Shown: positions 36,897-46,255, counted from the stretch's first letter. The stretch: DNA of 64,000 nucleotides from Pseudomonadota bacterium (GCA_041191745.1 JBEEOG010000146.1:2229-66228), one strand, 5' to 3'. Notes: generated by a model from the sequence alone, not told the origin. Made by a program: numbers and translations.

Positions 36897-38036
36897 TTAC
36901 ACCGCGCGGGCCAGCGCCAGCGCGGCGCTGCGGTCGGTGGCGTTGATCAGCAGGTCGGCGGGGGTGATCGTGCCACCCTCGTGCATCACCAGCGCGCGCT
37001 GGATGACGTTTTCCAGCTCGCGCACATTGCCTGGCCAGTCATGCGCCATCAGGGCCGAGATCGCCTCGGCCGTCAGCAGGGGCAGGGGCTGGTCCTCGGG
37101 CGCGTGGCGGCGCACCAGTGCGGCGGCCAGCACGGGGATGTCGTCGGGCCGTTCGGCCAGCGCGCGGGTGGCCAGCGGAAAGACGTTCAGGCGGTAGAAC
37201 AGATCCTCGCGGAAGCGGCGGGCGGCGACCTCGGCGGGCATATCGCGGTTCGAGGTGGCGATGACGCGGATATCCACCGCGACCTCGGCCTGCGCGCCGA
37301 TCGGGGTCAGGGCGCGTTCCTGCAGGACGCGCAGCAGCTTCGATTGCAGGCCCATCGGCATTTCCGAGATTTCGTCCAGCATCAGCGTGCCGCCTTCGGC
37401 CGCGCGGATGATGCCCTTGTTGGCGGTGGCTGCACCGGTGAAGGCACCCTTCTCGTGGCCGAAGAGGATGGCTTCCAGCATGTTCTCGGGGATCGCCGCG
37501 CAGTTGATGGCGACGAAGGGGGCCTTGGCGCGGCGCGATGCGGCATGGACCTGACTGGCCAGCACTTCCTTGCCCGAACCCGTGGGGCCGTTGATGAAGA
37601 CGGTGACATCCGTGCGCGCCACGCGGGCGGCAAGGTCGATCAGCTGCCCCGTTTCGGGATCGGCGGCGACCATCGCCTGCACCTCGGCCCCCGCGACATC
37701 GGCCAGCATCATCAGCGCGCCGTCGCGCAGGGGCTGGGCCGCTGCCGCCGCGGGCAGCGCCACGCGCAGAAGGCGTCCGCCCATCTCGGCCGTCAGGGCA
37801 AAGGCGGGCGCGCCCTCGGTCACGACGATCATGCTCCGCCCGCCTGCCGCGCGGGTCAGATCGGCCAGCGCGCGCGGGCCGCCCATCGCCGCCTCGGCCT
37901 TGTCCGAGGCGACCACGACCTGCACGCCCTGCGCGGGGCGCGGGCCACGGTCGGCGGCGATCCGGCGGCGGACCAGAAGCTGCACCAGCGGCTGGGCGGC
38001 GGTGAAGGCATCGTCGATCACATGGATAAGGGTCAT
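36897..38036 (-). CDS. fleT: sigma54 activator FleT (AAA+ domain, no C-terminal HTH)
   Basis: [30 protein letters not shown]; protein ends shortly after the AAA+ domain; first gene of the fliE operon. Confidence 0.85.
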   Translation of the reverse strand: MTLIHVIDDAFTAAQPLVQLLVRRRIAADRGPRPAQGVQVVVASDKAEAAMGGPRALADLTRAAGGRSMIVVTEGAPAFALTAEMGGRLLRVALPAAAAAQPLRDGALMMLADVAGAEVQAMVAADPETGQLIDLAARVARTDVTVFINGPTGSGKEVLASQVHAASRRAKAPFVAINCAAIPENMLEAILFGHEKGAFTGAATANKGIIRAAEGGTLMLDEISEMPMGLQSKLLRVLQERALTPIGAQAEVAVDIRVIATSNRDMPAEVAARRFREDLFYRLNVFPLATRALAERPDDIPVLAAALVRRHAPEDQPLPLLTAEAISALMAHDWPGNVRELENVIQRALVMHEGGTITPADLLINATDRSAALALARAV

Positions 38037-38074
38037 CTTCGCGGTCCGTCTGGTTTCGTGCCTGTGGGGAACAA

Positions 38075-38090
38075 GGCAGGATGCGTGCCA
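38075..38090 (-). promoter_or_regulatory. sigma54 promoter of fleT-fliEFGHIJ
   Basis: Minus strand TGGCAC-GCATC-CTGCC. Confidence 0.8.
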
Positions 38091-38376
38091 GCCCGTGGCG
38101 GGGCGGGCGGAAATTTCCGCAGGCGGCCTAAAATGGCGCTGTCCGCTGCCGAAGCGGGGGGCTGACCACCCGCCACCGGGCGCTTTCCGTCGCGGCAGGG
38201 ACGGCCCGCGCCACTCCGCCGGATTCCCGACAGGACAAAGGTTGGCCCGCGGGGCAATCCCATGGCCGCGCCTACAACCTTAGGTATCGGTCGCGGGGCG
38301 ACTTTCGGCAGACGCGCGGGGCGGAACGGGCCCGCGACAGGGGGCGCAGGGCCCCCGTCCCATCCGTAAGGCGGTA

Positions 38377-38403
38377 TCACAGTGCCCCCTGCCCCGCCGT
38401 TCC
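38377..38403 (+). promoter_or_regulatory. Possible sigma28 promoter for the 101-aa gene and che operon
   Basis: TCAC-N15-GCCGTTCC; -10 resembles that of fliC, -35 is degenerate. Confidence 0.4.
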
Positions 38404-38441
38404 TTGCTGTCGAAGCGGAACAACCCTGAGGCAACGGTCTG

Positions 38442-38747
38442 ATGCTGTCCAAGACCTACCATCTGAAATTTCCCAGCCTCGACGCGGCGCAGATCGCGGC
38501 GCCCTTCGTGATCGAGGCGCTGGGCGCGGCTATCCCCAGTTGCAACCTGAGCGGCCTGAACGTGCTGATCAGCAAGGAGGGCGACGTGTCGATCAACGTC
38601 TTCTTCCCCTCGGTCGCGGACCTGAAGACCTTCGAGAAGAAGCATGGCGGTTTCCTCGACACGATGAAGAAGACCTTCCTGTTCAAGTCCACCGGCTTTG
38701 ACGGGGTCTGCATCTTCAACTTCGACCGGAACGAGGACGCGGCCTGA
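38442..38747 (+). CDS. Hypothetical 101-aa protein leading the chemotaxis operon
   Basis: Strong host codon bias (AAG, TTC, AAC, ATC), GAGG upstream, normal globular composition. Confidence 0.8.
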   Translation: MLSKTYHLKFPSLDAAQIAAPFVIEALGAAIPSCNLSGLNVLISKEGDVSINVFFPSVADLKTFEKKHGGFLDTMKKTFLFKSTGFDGVCIFNFDRNEDAA

Positions 38748-38843
38748 GGGCTGCGCGGTCCGATCCAGAGGTTCCGGTGAAGCGCAGGGGACATTCATGA
38801 CCGCCAACCTGACAGGGCAGGTCTTCCGGACCGGAGGCGCGGC

Positions 38844-40061
38844 ATGAGCGCGCCCGTCACGGACTCCGCCCCCGACAGCGGGCTGATGCGCGTCTCGTCC
38901 GACAAGATCGGCCGCCTGATGGATCTGGTGGGCGAGCTGTCGCTGTCGATCTCGGAAACGGTGCAGTCGCCCGATCTGGCGGGGCTGGTGCTGACGAATT
39001 TCGATGCCGCCGTCCACCGGCTGAACATGATCGTGCGCGAGGTGCAGGACGCCGCGACCGAATTGCGGCTGGTGCCCGTGGATGACGTGTTCCGCCGCCT
39101 GCGCCGCATGGTGCGCGAGCTGGAACGCCAGACGGGCAAGTCCATCGATATGGTGATCGAAGGCGGCGAGACGGCGATCGACAAGCTGGTGGCAGACAGG
39201 CTTTACGATCCCCTGCTGCATGTGGTCCGCAATTCGGCCGATCACGGGTTGGAATCCCCCGACGAACGCGCGGCGGCAGGCAAGCCGCGTCAGGGCCGCA
39301 TCACGCTGTCGGCCGCGCAGGTGGGCTCCGAGGTGCGGATCGTCGTGGCCGATGACGGGCGCGGCCTGAACCGCGCGAAGATCCTGCAGAAGGCGCGCGA
39401 GAAGGGCTTTTTCGGCCCCGACGAGGAGCCCGAACCGTCGGCGCTGTGGCGCGTGATCTTCGAACCCGGTTTCTCGACCGCCGAGACGGTGTCGAACCTG
39501 TCGGGGCGCGGCGTCGGCATGGATGTGCTGAATTCCACCATGACCGCCCTGCGCGGGCGCATCGGCGTGGACAGCGCCGCAGGGCAGGGCACGCGGGTCG
39601 CGCTGCATATCCCCGTGTCGCTGGCCTTCCTCGACTGCATCATCCTGCGGCTGGGGGTGCAGCTGTTCGCCGTGCCCATCGACGTGGTGTCGGAAATCGC
39701 CAAGCCCGGTGCGGGCGATCTGGTCGGCATCTCGGCCGGTCACGGGTCCGAGATGTTCCGCCTGCGGGGCAGCTACATCCCCGTCTGCCGTCTGGACCGC
39801 TTCTATGACGACCGCGCGGGCCACATGGCGCGGAGCGCGGCTGGATCGGCGGGCGAACAGGTGCTGGTCGTGTTCAACACCACGTCCGGTGCCATCGCTG
39901 TGCCGGTGGACGAAATCCTCGACCGCCAGCAGGTGGTGATGAAGCCCCTCGTCGGGCGGCTGGCCAAGGTGCGCGCCAGCTGGGGCTGCGCGCTACTGGG
40001 CACGGGCGAGGTGGCGCTGGTCCTCGACTGCGAGCGCCTGGCCAGCGGGGTCGCGGCATGA
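38844..40061 (+). CDS. cheA4: CheA lacking P1/P2 (CheA4-type; P3-P4-P5)
   Basis: MRVSSDKIGRLMDLVGEL, HVVRNSADHG, DDGRG, IFEPGFSTA, SGRGVGMDV; no HPt domain. Confidence 0.9.
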   Translation: MSAPVTDSAPDSGLMRVSSDKIGRLMDLVGELSLSISETVQSPDLAGLVLTNFDAAVHRLNMIVREVQDAATELRLVPVDDVFRRLRRMVRELERQTGKSIDMVIEGGETAIDKLVADRLYDPLLHVVRNSADHGLESPDERAAAGKPRQGRITLSAAQVGSEVRIVVADDGRGLNRAKILQKAREKGFFGPDEEPEPSALWRVIFEPGFSTAETVSNLSGRGVGMDVLNSTMTALRGRIGVDSAAGQGTRVALHIPVSLAFLDCIILRLGVQLFAVPIDVVSEIAKPGAGDLVGISAGHGSEMFRLRGSYIPVCRLDRFYDDRAGHMARSAAGSAGEQVLVVFNTTSGAIAVPVDEILDRQQVVMKPLVGRLAKVRASWGCALLGTGEVALVLDCERLASGVAA

Positions 40062-40870
40062 TGCCCATGGCCGACATGACGGGATGCGACGCCATCCGCA
40101 CCTGGCTGAGCCAGCGCTGCGGCATCCATTATCCCGCGCACAAGTGCGACGTGCTGCGCCAGCGCCTTGCCCGCGTGCAGCGCGCCTACACGCTGGACGA
40201 TCTGGGCGATCTGGCGCGGGCGCTGATCGACGGCAACGACCGCGACCTGCAACTGGCCGTGATGCACGCCGCATCGACCAACCACACCTATTTCTTCCGC
40301 GAACCCGAGGTGCTGGACATCTTCCGCGGCACGATCCTGCCCATGGTCGCGCAGCGCGACGAGATCCGCATCTGGTCGGCCGCCTGTTCGACGGGGGAAG
40401 AGGCCTATACGCTGGCCATCCTGATCGCCGAAACCTTCGGGCTTGGCGCGCTGAAGCGGACCTCCATCCTCGGCACGGACCTGAGCGCGCCGGTGATCGC
40501 CACGGCGGAGTCGGGGCTATTCACCGGACACCGGCTGGAGCGTCTGCCAAAGGACATCCGCCAGCGCTACTTCCTTGCCGAAGGCGGCGACAGTTTCCGC
40601 ATCCGTCCCGAACTGCGCGGCGCCTGCACCTTCCGCCAGATGAACCTGAAGACGCGGCCCTATCCGTTCCGCAAGACCTTTCAGGCCGTCTTCTGCCGCA
40701 ACCTTCTGTATTACTTCGAAAAGGCGGACCAGACCGCCACGCTGCGCGCGCTGCACGATGTCACGGAACCCGGCGGCTGGCTTGTCACCAGCGTGACCGA
40801 GAACCTGCGCGACCTCGGCACCGCGTGGACGCCCTTCTCCAACGGTATCTACAGAAAGGCCGCGCCATGA
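40058..40870 (+). CDS. cheR: Chemotaxis methyltransferase CheR
   Basis: TNHTYFFRE, RIWSAACSTGEEAY, GTDLS, FCRNLLYYF. Confidence 0.95.
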   Translation: MMPMADMTGCDAIRTWLSQRCGIHYPAHKCDVLRQRLARVQRAYTLDDLGDLARALIDGNDRDLQLAVMHAASTNHTYFFREPEVLDIFRGTILPMVAQRDEIRIWSAACSTGEEAYTLAILIAETFGLGALKRTSILGTDLSAPVIATAESGLFTGHRLERLPKDIRQRYFLAEGGDSFRIRPELRGACTFRQMNLKTRPYPFRKTFQAVFCRNLLYYFEKADQTATLRALHDVTEPGGWLVTSVTENLRDLGTAWTPFSNGIYRKAAP

Positions 40871-41976
40871 CCGCCGCCCAGCGTATCCGCGTCCTGATCG
40901 TCGATGACTCGGCCATGGTCCGCAAGGTGCTGTACATGGGGCTGTCGGCCGATCCCGTGATCGAGGTGGTGGGGACCGCCTCGAACGCCGATGTGGCGTG
41001 GAAGCTTATGCAGCTTCTGCGTCCCGACGTGGTGACGCTGGACCTCGAGATGCCGGGGACGGACGGGCTGACCTTCCTGACCGACTACCTGCCCAAGATG
41101 CCGGTTCCGACCGTGGTGATCAGCTCGCTCACCCGCGAGGGGACCGAGATCACGCTGCGCGCGATGGAGGCGGGGGCGGTCGATGTGCTGCCCAAGCCGC
41201 TGCTTGGCCCCGCCGACGGCCTGCCCGCGATCCTGCCCGAAGTCTGCGCCCGCGTGCGCGCGGCGGCCACCGCCCGCGTCGTGCCGGGCCGCAGGCTGCG
41301 GATGCGCCCGCCCGTGGCCGCCGCCGCCGCGATGCCGTCGCCCGCGGGGTGTGCGCCGCGCGGCGGGGTCATCGCCATCGGGTCCTCCACCGGCGGGGTG
41401 CAGGCGCTGACGCGCATCCTGCCGATGTTTCCCGCCGATGCGCCCCCGATCCTGATCGTCCAGCACATGCCCGAAGGCTTCACCGGCCCCTTCGCGGCGC
41501 GGCTGGACGCGCTCTGCGCGCTCGAGGTGCGCGAGGCGCGCGACGGCGAGGTGCTGCAGGCCGGCCGCGTGCTGATCGCGCCGGGGGGCAGGACCCATAT
41601 GGTCATCGTCCGCCGGGGCCAGTCCCTGCAGGTCGAACTGCATGCGGGCGATCCCGTCGCCTTCTCGCGCCCGTCGGTCGATGTGCTGTTCGCCTCGGTC
41701 GCGCGCCATGCGGGCGCGCGGGCCGCCGCCGCGATCCTGACCGGCATGGGCCGCGACGGGGCAGGCGGGCTTCTGGCCATCCGCCACGCGGGCGGCCGGA
41801 CCGTCGCGCAGGATGAGGCGACCTCGGTCGTTTACGGGATGCCAATGGCCGCCGCCGAAATTGGTGCGGCCGAGGCGATCCTTCCGCTCGAAGCCATTCC
41901 GGCGCGGCTCTTGCAGTCCGGCCCCGCCGCCCCCCCGAAGCCCGCGCCCGCCGCCCTTGGCCGCGCGCCACAGTGA
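40867..41976 (+). CDS. cheB: Chemotaxis methylesterase CheB
   Basis: Receiver VLIVDDS..LDLEMP; GSSTGG, VQHMP, RPSVDVLF, LTGMGRDG. Confidence 0.97.
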   Translation: MTAAQRIRVLIVDDSAMVRKVLYMGLSADPVIEVVGTASNADVAWKLMQLLRPDVVTLDLEMPGTDGLTFLTDYLPKMPVPTVVISSLTREGTEITLRAMEAGAVDVLPKPLLGPADGLPAILPEVCARVRAAATARVVPGRRLRMRPPVAAAAAMPSPAGCAPRGGVIAIGSSTGGVQALTRILPMFPADAPPILIVQHMPEGFTGPFAARLDALCALEVREARDGEVLQAGRVLIAPGGRTHMVIVRRGQSLQVELHAGDPVAFSRPSVDVLFASVARHAGARAAAAILTGMGRDGAGGLLAIRHAGGRTVAQDEATSVVYGMPMAAAEIGAAEAILPLEAIPARLLQSGPAAPPKPAPAALGRAPQ

Positions 41977-41988
41977 AAGGAAACCGAG

Positions 41989-42519
41989 ATGTCCGCTGAC
42001 ACGCAGCAAGAGGCGCAATCCCGCCACGCGGCACTGGGCGCGATGGATGCCGACAACATCGACGAGATGTACCTGACCTTCGCGCTGGCGGACGAGGAAT
42101 ACGGCGTCGGCATCGCCGCGGTGACCGAGATCGTGGGCATGCAGCGCATCATGTCGGTGCCGGATGTGCCGCTTTACATCAAGGGCGTCATCAACCTGCG
42201 CGGCAAGGTCATTCCGCTGATGGACGTGCGGCTGCGCTTCGGGATGCCGGAACGCGCCTATGACGAACGCACCGTGGTGATCGTGATGGATGTGGGCGAT
42301 GCGCCCATCGGCCTGATCGTCGACGGCGTGAGCGAGGTGCTGGAAATCCCGCCCGCGCAGGTGGACCGCCACACCCAGTTCGGGCGCGGCGCGGCAAAGC
42401 CCGTCATCGCGGGCATCGGGCGCGTGGGCGAACGGGTGGCGATCCTGCTCGACACCTCGGTGCTCGTCTCCGACAGCGACGTGGCCCTTCCGGCCGAGGC
42501 GATGGTGGCCGCCCAATGA
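41989..42519 (+). CDS. cheW: CheW coupling protein
   Basis: YLTF.L..EEYG, VP..P.YIKGVINLRGKVIP, GLIVD.VSEV. Confidence 0.96.
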   Translation: MSADTQQEAQSRHAALGAMDADNIDEMYLTFALADEEYGVGIAAVTEIVGMQRIMSVPDVPLYIKGVINLRGKVIPLMDVRLRFGMPERAYDERTVVIVMDVGDAPIGLIVDGVSEVLEIPPAQVDRHTQFGRGAAKPVIAGIGRVGERVAILLDTSVLVSDSDVALPAEAMVAAQ

Positions 42520-43253
42520 AGCGCGTGCTGATCTACAACCAGAAGGGCGGCGTCGGAAAGACGACGACGGCGGCCAACCTCGGCGCGGCGCTGGCGCGGG
42601 CGGGGGCGGGGCGCATCGTGCTGGTCGATCTGGACCCGCAGATGCACCTGACGGCGTCGCTCGGCCAGTCGGGGCGGGCCGGTTGGTCGGTGCGCGACCT
42701 GCGCGCGGGGACGGCGGGCGAACCCGCGGCGATCGATGGCGAGCCGGGCCTTTTCCTTGTGCGCGGGCATCCCGAGGCGCCGCCGGATGACGCGGCCCCC
42801 GCCCATGCCGCGCTCGGGGCCGACTGGCTGATCCACGACGCGCCGCCCGGCTGGAACGGCGAGCTGGCCGCGCTGATGGCGGTGGCGGACCTGATCCTCA
42901 GCCCGCTGGAGGCGGATTTCCTCGGCCTGAACGGGGTCAGCCGCCTGATGCGCCAGATGCAGGAGGCGGGCGTGCCGTGGGAACGGCTGGCGCTTCTGGT
43001 CTGCCGCTATTCCGACCGTCTGGCCGTCCACCGCGAGGTGCGGGCGCGGCTGGCCGAACGCTTCGGCACGCAGGGCCTGCTGCCGCATGTCATCCGCAAC
43101 TCCGTGCGTCTGGCCGAAGCGCCGGGGCAGGGGCGGACGGTGTTCCGCCATGCCCCCAGCAGCACGGGGGCTGCGGATTACGCCGCGCTGGCACGGCACC
43201 TGATCCTGTCCGCCCGCGGCCCGAAGCGTCCGGGGATCGGGGGTGCCGCATGA
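42516..43253 (+). CDS. ppfA: ParA-family ATPase for chemoreceptor cluster partitioning (PpfA-like)
   Basis: NQKGGVGKTT deviant Walker A, VDLDPQ, IRNSVRLAEAP; sits between cheW and the soluble receptor. Confidence 0.85.
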   Translation: MKRVLIYNQKGGVGKTTTAANLGAALARAGAGRIVLVDLDPQMHLTASLGQSGRAGWSVRDLRAGTAGEPAAIDGEPGLFLVRGHPEAPPDDAAPAHAALGADWLIHDAPPGWNGELAALMAVADLILSPLEADFLGLNGVSRLMRQMQEAGVPWERLALLVCRYSDRLAVHREVRARLAERFGTQGLLPHVIRNSVRLAEAPGQGRTVFRHAPSSTGAADYAALARHLILSARGPKRPGIGGAA

Positions 43254-45712
43254 CGCGCCGCCCCGCCAAGCCTGCCCCCGCCAAGGGAACCAAGACCCCC
43301 GCCTTCAGGACGGCGCGGGGCATGCTGCTGAACGATCCGCTCGACTGGCTGGAAGGTCCCGCCGCCCCGCAGGCGCAACCCGACCCCGCCCCGCCCGAAG
43401 CGCCGGTCGCGGCGCCGCGCCAACCGGACCAGCCCGGAACCGCCGGGCGTTCCGCCAAGACCCCCACCCCTCCCTCTGGCCGGGCCAAACCGGCTGCCAA
43501 AAGGACGATTGCCATGACTGCCACCCCCGCGTCCGCGCGCCCGATCTGGGAAACGATCGACACCTATGCGCTGGTCGACCTGCTGTCGAACCCGATGATG
43601 ATCGCCGATGCCGGCATGATCATCCGCCATGTCAACGAAGCCGCCTTCCGGATGTTCGAGCGGATCGAGGAAGAGGTCCGCAAGGACCTGCCGCAGTTCC
43701 GCGCCCGCGACGTGGTGGGCAAGAACATCGACGTCTTCCACAAGAACCCCGTCTACCAGCGCCGCACGATGGACGGGATGACCGAGCCCCATGACGGCAC
43801 CTTCTCGATCGGGGGGGCGCATCTGGGCTTCCGCGCGACGCCGCGCCATGACGAAAGCGGCAAGATCGCCTGCTATTTCGTCGAATGGCGCGACCGCACC
43901 GCCGAGGTGGTGGCCGAAGCGCAGCTGGCGCAGATGGTCACCGCGCTGAAGGACATGTCCGAAGCGCATCTTCTGGGCGAGATCGACGTGATGATCGACG
44001 CCGCGCAGTTCTCGGGCGTGCTGCGCGAGTCCGTCCAGCTTGTGAACGAGATGGTGCAGGAGCACATCAACACCAAGAAGAAGGTGGTGGCCTGCGTGAC
44101 CGAACTGGCGCAGGGCAATCTCGACGCCAGCATCGAGACGTTCAACCGCAAGCGCGTGTTCCTGAATGACGCGGTCGAACTGATCCGCGGCAGCCTCAAA
44201 TCCTTCGAGGCCGAGATCAGGCGCCTGCTGTCCGACATGTCGGGCATGGTCGCCGCCCATGACGCGGGCGATATCGACGTCTTCATCGACAGCAGCGGAT
44301 ATTCCGAAAGCTATGCCCGCGTGATCGACGGCATGAACGCCATGGTCCGCAAGCACATCGAGACCAAGGCCAAGGTCATCGATGTGGTCAAGGAATTCGC
44401 CAACGGCAATTTCGAAGCCCCGCTGGAACGCTTCCCGCGCAAGAAGGCCTTCATCAACGAGGCGATGGAAACCGTCCGCGCCAACTTCAAGGGCCTTGTC
44501 CTCGATGCCGAGCGGCTGGCCCGCGAACTGGCCGACGGCGTGCTGGACAGCACGGTCGATACCACGCGCCACAAGGGCCAGTTCCGCGCCATGATCGATT
44601 CCATCGACGGCATCCGCGGCACGGTGGGCGGCGTCGTGGCCGAGATCGACCGCCTCTCGCAGGCGATCGTGGCGGGCCAGCTGGACGTGCAGACCGACGC
44701 CGCCGCCTACAGGGGCGCCTATGGCAGGATCATCCAGGCGTTCGATGCGACCTTCACCTCGCTCAACTCGGCCTTCAGCCTGATCAGCACGCAGGTGAGC
44801 CAGGTCGCCGTCAGCGTCGAACAGATGAGCCGGTCGTCGCAATCGCTGGCCACCAACGCGCAGATCCAGTCCTCGTCGGTGGACGAGGTCTCGGCCTCGG
44901 CGGAACAGACGGATGTGCAGGTCAAGGCCAATGCCGCCGCCGCCACCACGGCCAGCGAACTGGTCACCGGCGCGTCCGAGATCGCCGAGGTCGGCAAGTC
45001 GAAGATCAACGAGATGGTCGGCGCGATGGAAGGCATCCGCGTGTCGTCGCAGGACATCGCCAAGATCATCAAGGTGATCGACGAGATCGCCTTCCAGACC
45101 AATCTCCTCGCGCTCAATGCGGCGGTGGAGGCCGCGCGGGCCGGCCAGCACGGGCGCGGCTTCGCGGTCGTGGCGCAAGAGGTACGCAATCTGGCAGGCC
45201 GGTCGGCCAAGGCCGCGCGCGAGACGTCGGACCTGATCGACGACGCGTCCAAGCGCGTGCAGGCGGGCGTGCGGATCGCGGACGAGACGAGCCGCGCCTT
45301 CGTCACCATCGCCGACGACATCGACAAGGTGAAGACGCTGGTGCGCGACATCGCCGCCGCCTCGGGCGAGCAGGCGCGCGGCGTGGCCCAGATCAATGCA
45401 GCCATCGGCGAGATCGCGAAGTCGGCCCTGTCCACCAGCCAGCAGGCCGAAGAGCTTGCCGCCACCTCGGCCGAGATGCAGGCCGCGACGGAATCGATGC
45501 TGGGCGAGGTGTCGCGCTTCCGCCTGCGCGCGACCCGTCCGGCGACGGCGCTGCCGCCCGGCATGCTCGACGGGCTGCCCGCCGACCTGATGGCGCAGAT
45601 CCAGGGCCTGATCGCCAGCCAGATGGCCGGTGGCCGCCCGCTCGCCGCGACCGGCACGGGCGGGGCCATGTTCACCAGCGACCGCGACACCCGCGGATTT
45701 GCGAATTTCTGA
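43250..45712 (+). CDS. tlpT: Soluble chemoreceptor (TlpT-like): basic N-terminus, PAS, tandem HAMP, MCP signalling domain
   Basis: No TM; GKNIDVFH PAS; IAFQTNLLALNAAVEAARAGQHGRGFAVVA; C-terminal pentapeptide GFANF. Confidence 0.88.
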   Translation: MTRRPAKPAPAKGTKTPAFRTARGMLLNDPLDWLEGPAAPQAQPDPAPPEAPVAAPRQPDQPGTAGRSAKTPTPPSGRAKPAAKRTIAMTATPASARPIWETIDTYALVDLLSNPMMIADAGMIIRHVNEAAFRMFERIEEEVRKDLPQFRARDVVGKNIDVFHKNPVYQRRTMDGMTEPHDGTFSIGGAHLGFRATPRHDESGKIACYFVEWRDRTAEVVAEAQLAQMVTALKDMSEAHLLGEIDVMIDAAQFSGVLRESVQLVNEMVQEHINTKKKVVACVTELAQGNLDASIETFNRKRVFLNDAVELIRGSLKSFEAEIRRLLSDMSGMVAAHDAGDIDVFIDSSGYSESYARVIDGMNAMVRKHIETKAKVIDVVKEFANGNFEAPLERFPRKKAFINEAMETVRANFKGLVLDAERLARELADGVLDSTVDTTRHKGQFRAMIDSIDGIRGTVGGVVAEIDRLSQAIVAGQLDVQTDAAAYRGAYGRIIQAFDATFTSLNSAFSLISTQVSQVAVSVEQMSRSSQSLATNAQIQSSSVDEVSASAEQTDVQVKANAAAATTASELVTGASEIAEVGKSKINEMVGAMEGIRVSSQDIAKIIKVIDEIAFQTNLLALNAAVEAARAGQHGRGFAVVAQEVRNLAGRSAKAARETSDLIDDASKRVQAGVRIADETSRAFVTIADDIDKVKTLVRDIAAASGEQARGVAQINAAIGEIAKSALSTSQQAEELAATSAEMQAATESMLGEVSRFRLRATRPATALPPGMLDGLPADLMAQIQGLIASQMAGGRPLAATGTGGAMFTSDRDTRGFANF

Positions 45713-45766
45713 AGACACACGGCGGCGCGGCACAGGCCGCGCGGCCCTGACACAGCGGAGAGACCG

Positions 45767-46171
45767 ATGCCCTACAACGTGATGATCGTCGATGACGCCG
45801 CGATGATGCGCCTTTACATCGCCAGCTTCATCAAGACCCTGCCCGACTTCAAGGTCGTGGCGCAGGCCGCCAACGGACAGGAGGCGCTGGACAAGCTGGG
45901 CGCCACGCCGAACGTGGACCTGATCCTTCTCGATATCGAGATGCCGGTGATGGACGGGCTGGAATTCCTGCGCCACGCCAAGCTGAAGACGCGGGCCAAG
46001 ATCTGCATGCTGTCCTCGGTCGCGGTGTCCGGCTCGCCCCATGCGGCCAAGGCGCGCGAACTGGGCGCGGATGGTGTGGTGGCCAAGCCGTCGGGCACCG
46101 TGTCGCACGATCTGGAAGAAAAGACGGGCGACGAACTGGCCCGCACGATGCGGATGCTGGTGGCGGCCTGA
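45767..46171 (+). CDS. cheY6: CheY6-type response regulator
   Basis: IVDD, LDIEMPVMDG, extended loop KPSGTVSHDLEEKTG; very close to R. sphaeroides CheY6 as I recall it. Confidence 0.9.
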   Translation: MPYNVMIVDDAAMMRLYIASFIKTLPDFKVVAQAANGQEALDKLGATPNVDLILLDIEMPVMDGLEFLRHAKLKTRAKICMLSSVAVSGSPHAAKARELGADGVVAKPSGTVSHDLEEKTGDELARTMRMLVAA

Positions 46172-46199
46172 CGGGCGCCACCCTCCGCCGCCGCGCCCC

Positions 46200-46243
46200 C
46201 TGACCCGCGCCTGCGCTGACCCGCGCCTGCCCTGACGCGCCTG
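46200..46243 (+). repeat. 16-bp tandem repeat (two full units plus one degenerate)
   Basis: CTGACCCGCGCCTGCG / CTGACCCGCGCCTGCC / CTGACGCGCCTG. Confidence 0.75.
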
Positions 46244-46255
46244 AACGAGGAAGAC

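Noticed and set aside
38844-40061. cheA pseudogene (missing P1)
   Set aside because: Kinase boxes intact and P1 is supplied by cheA3; known split-kinase design
42516-43253. Plasmid or prophage partition gene
   Set aside because: Embedded in the che operon with translational coupling; no parB, rep or integrase
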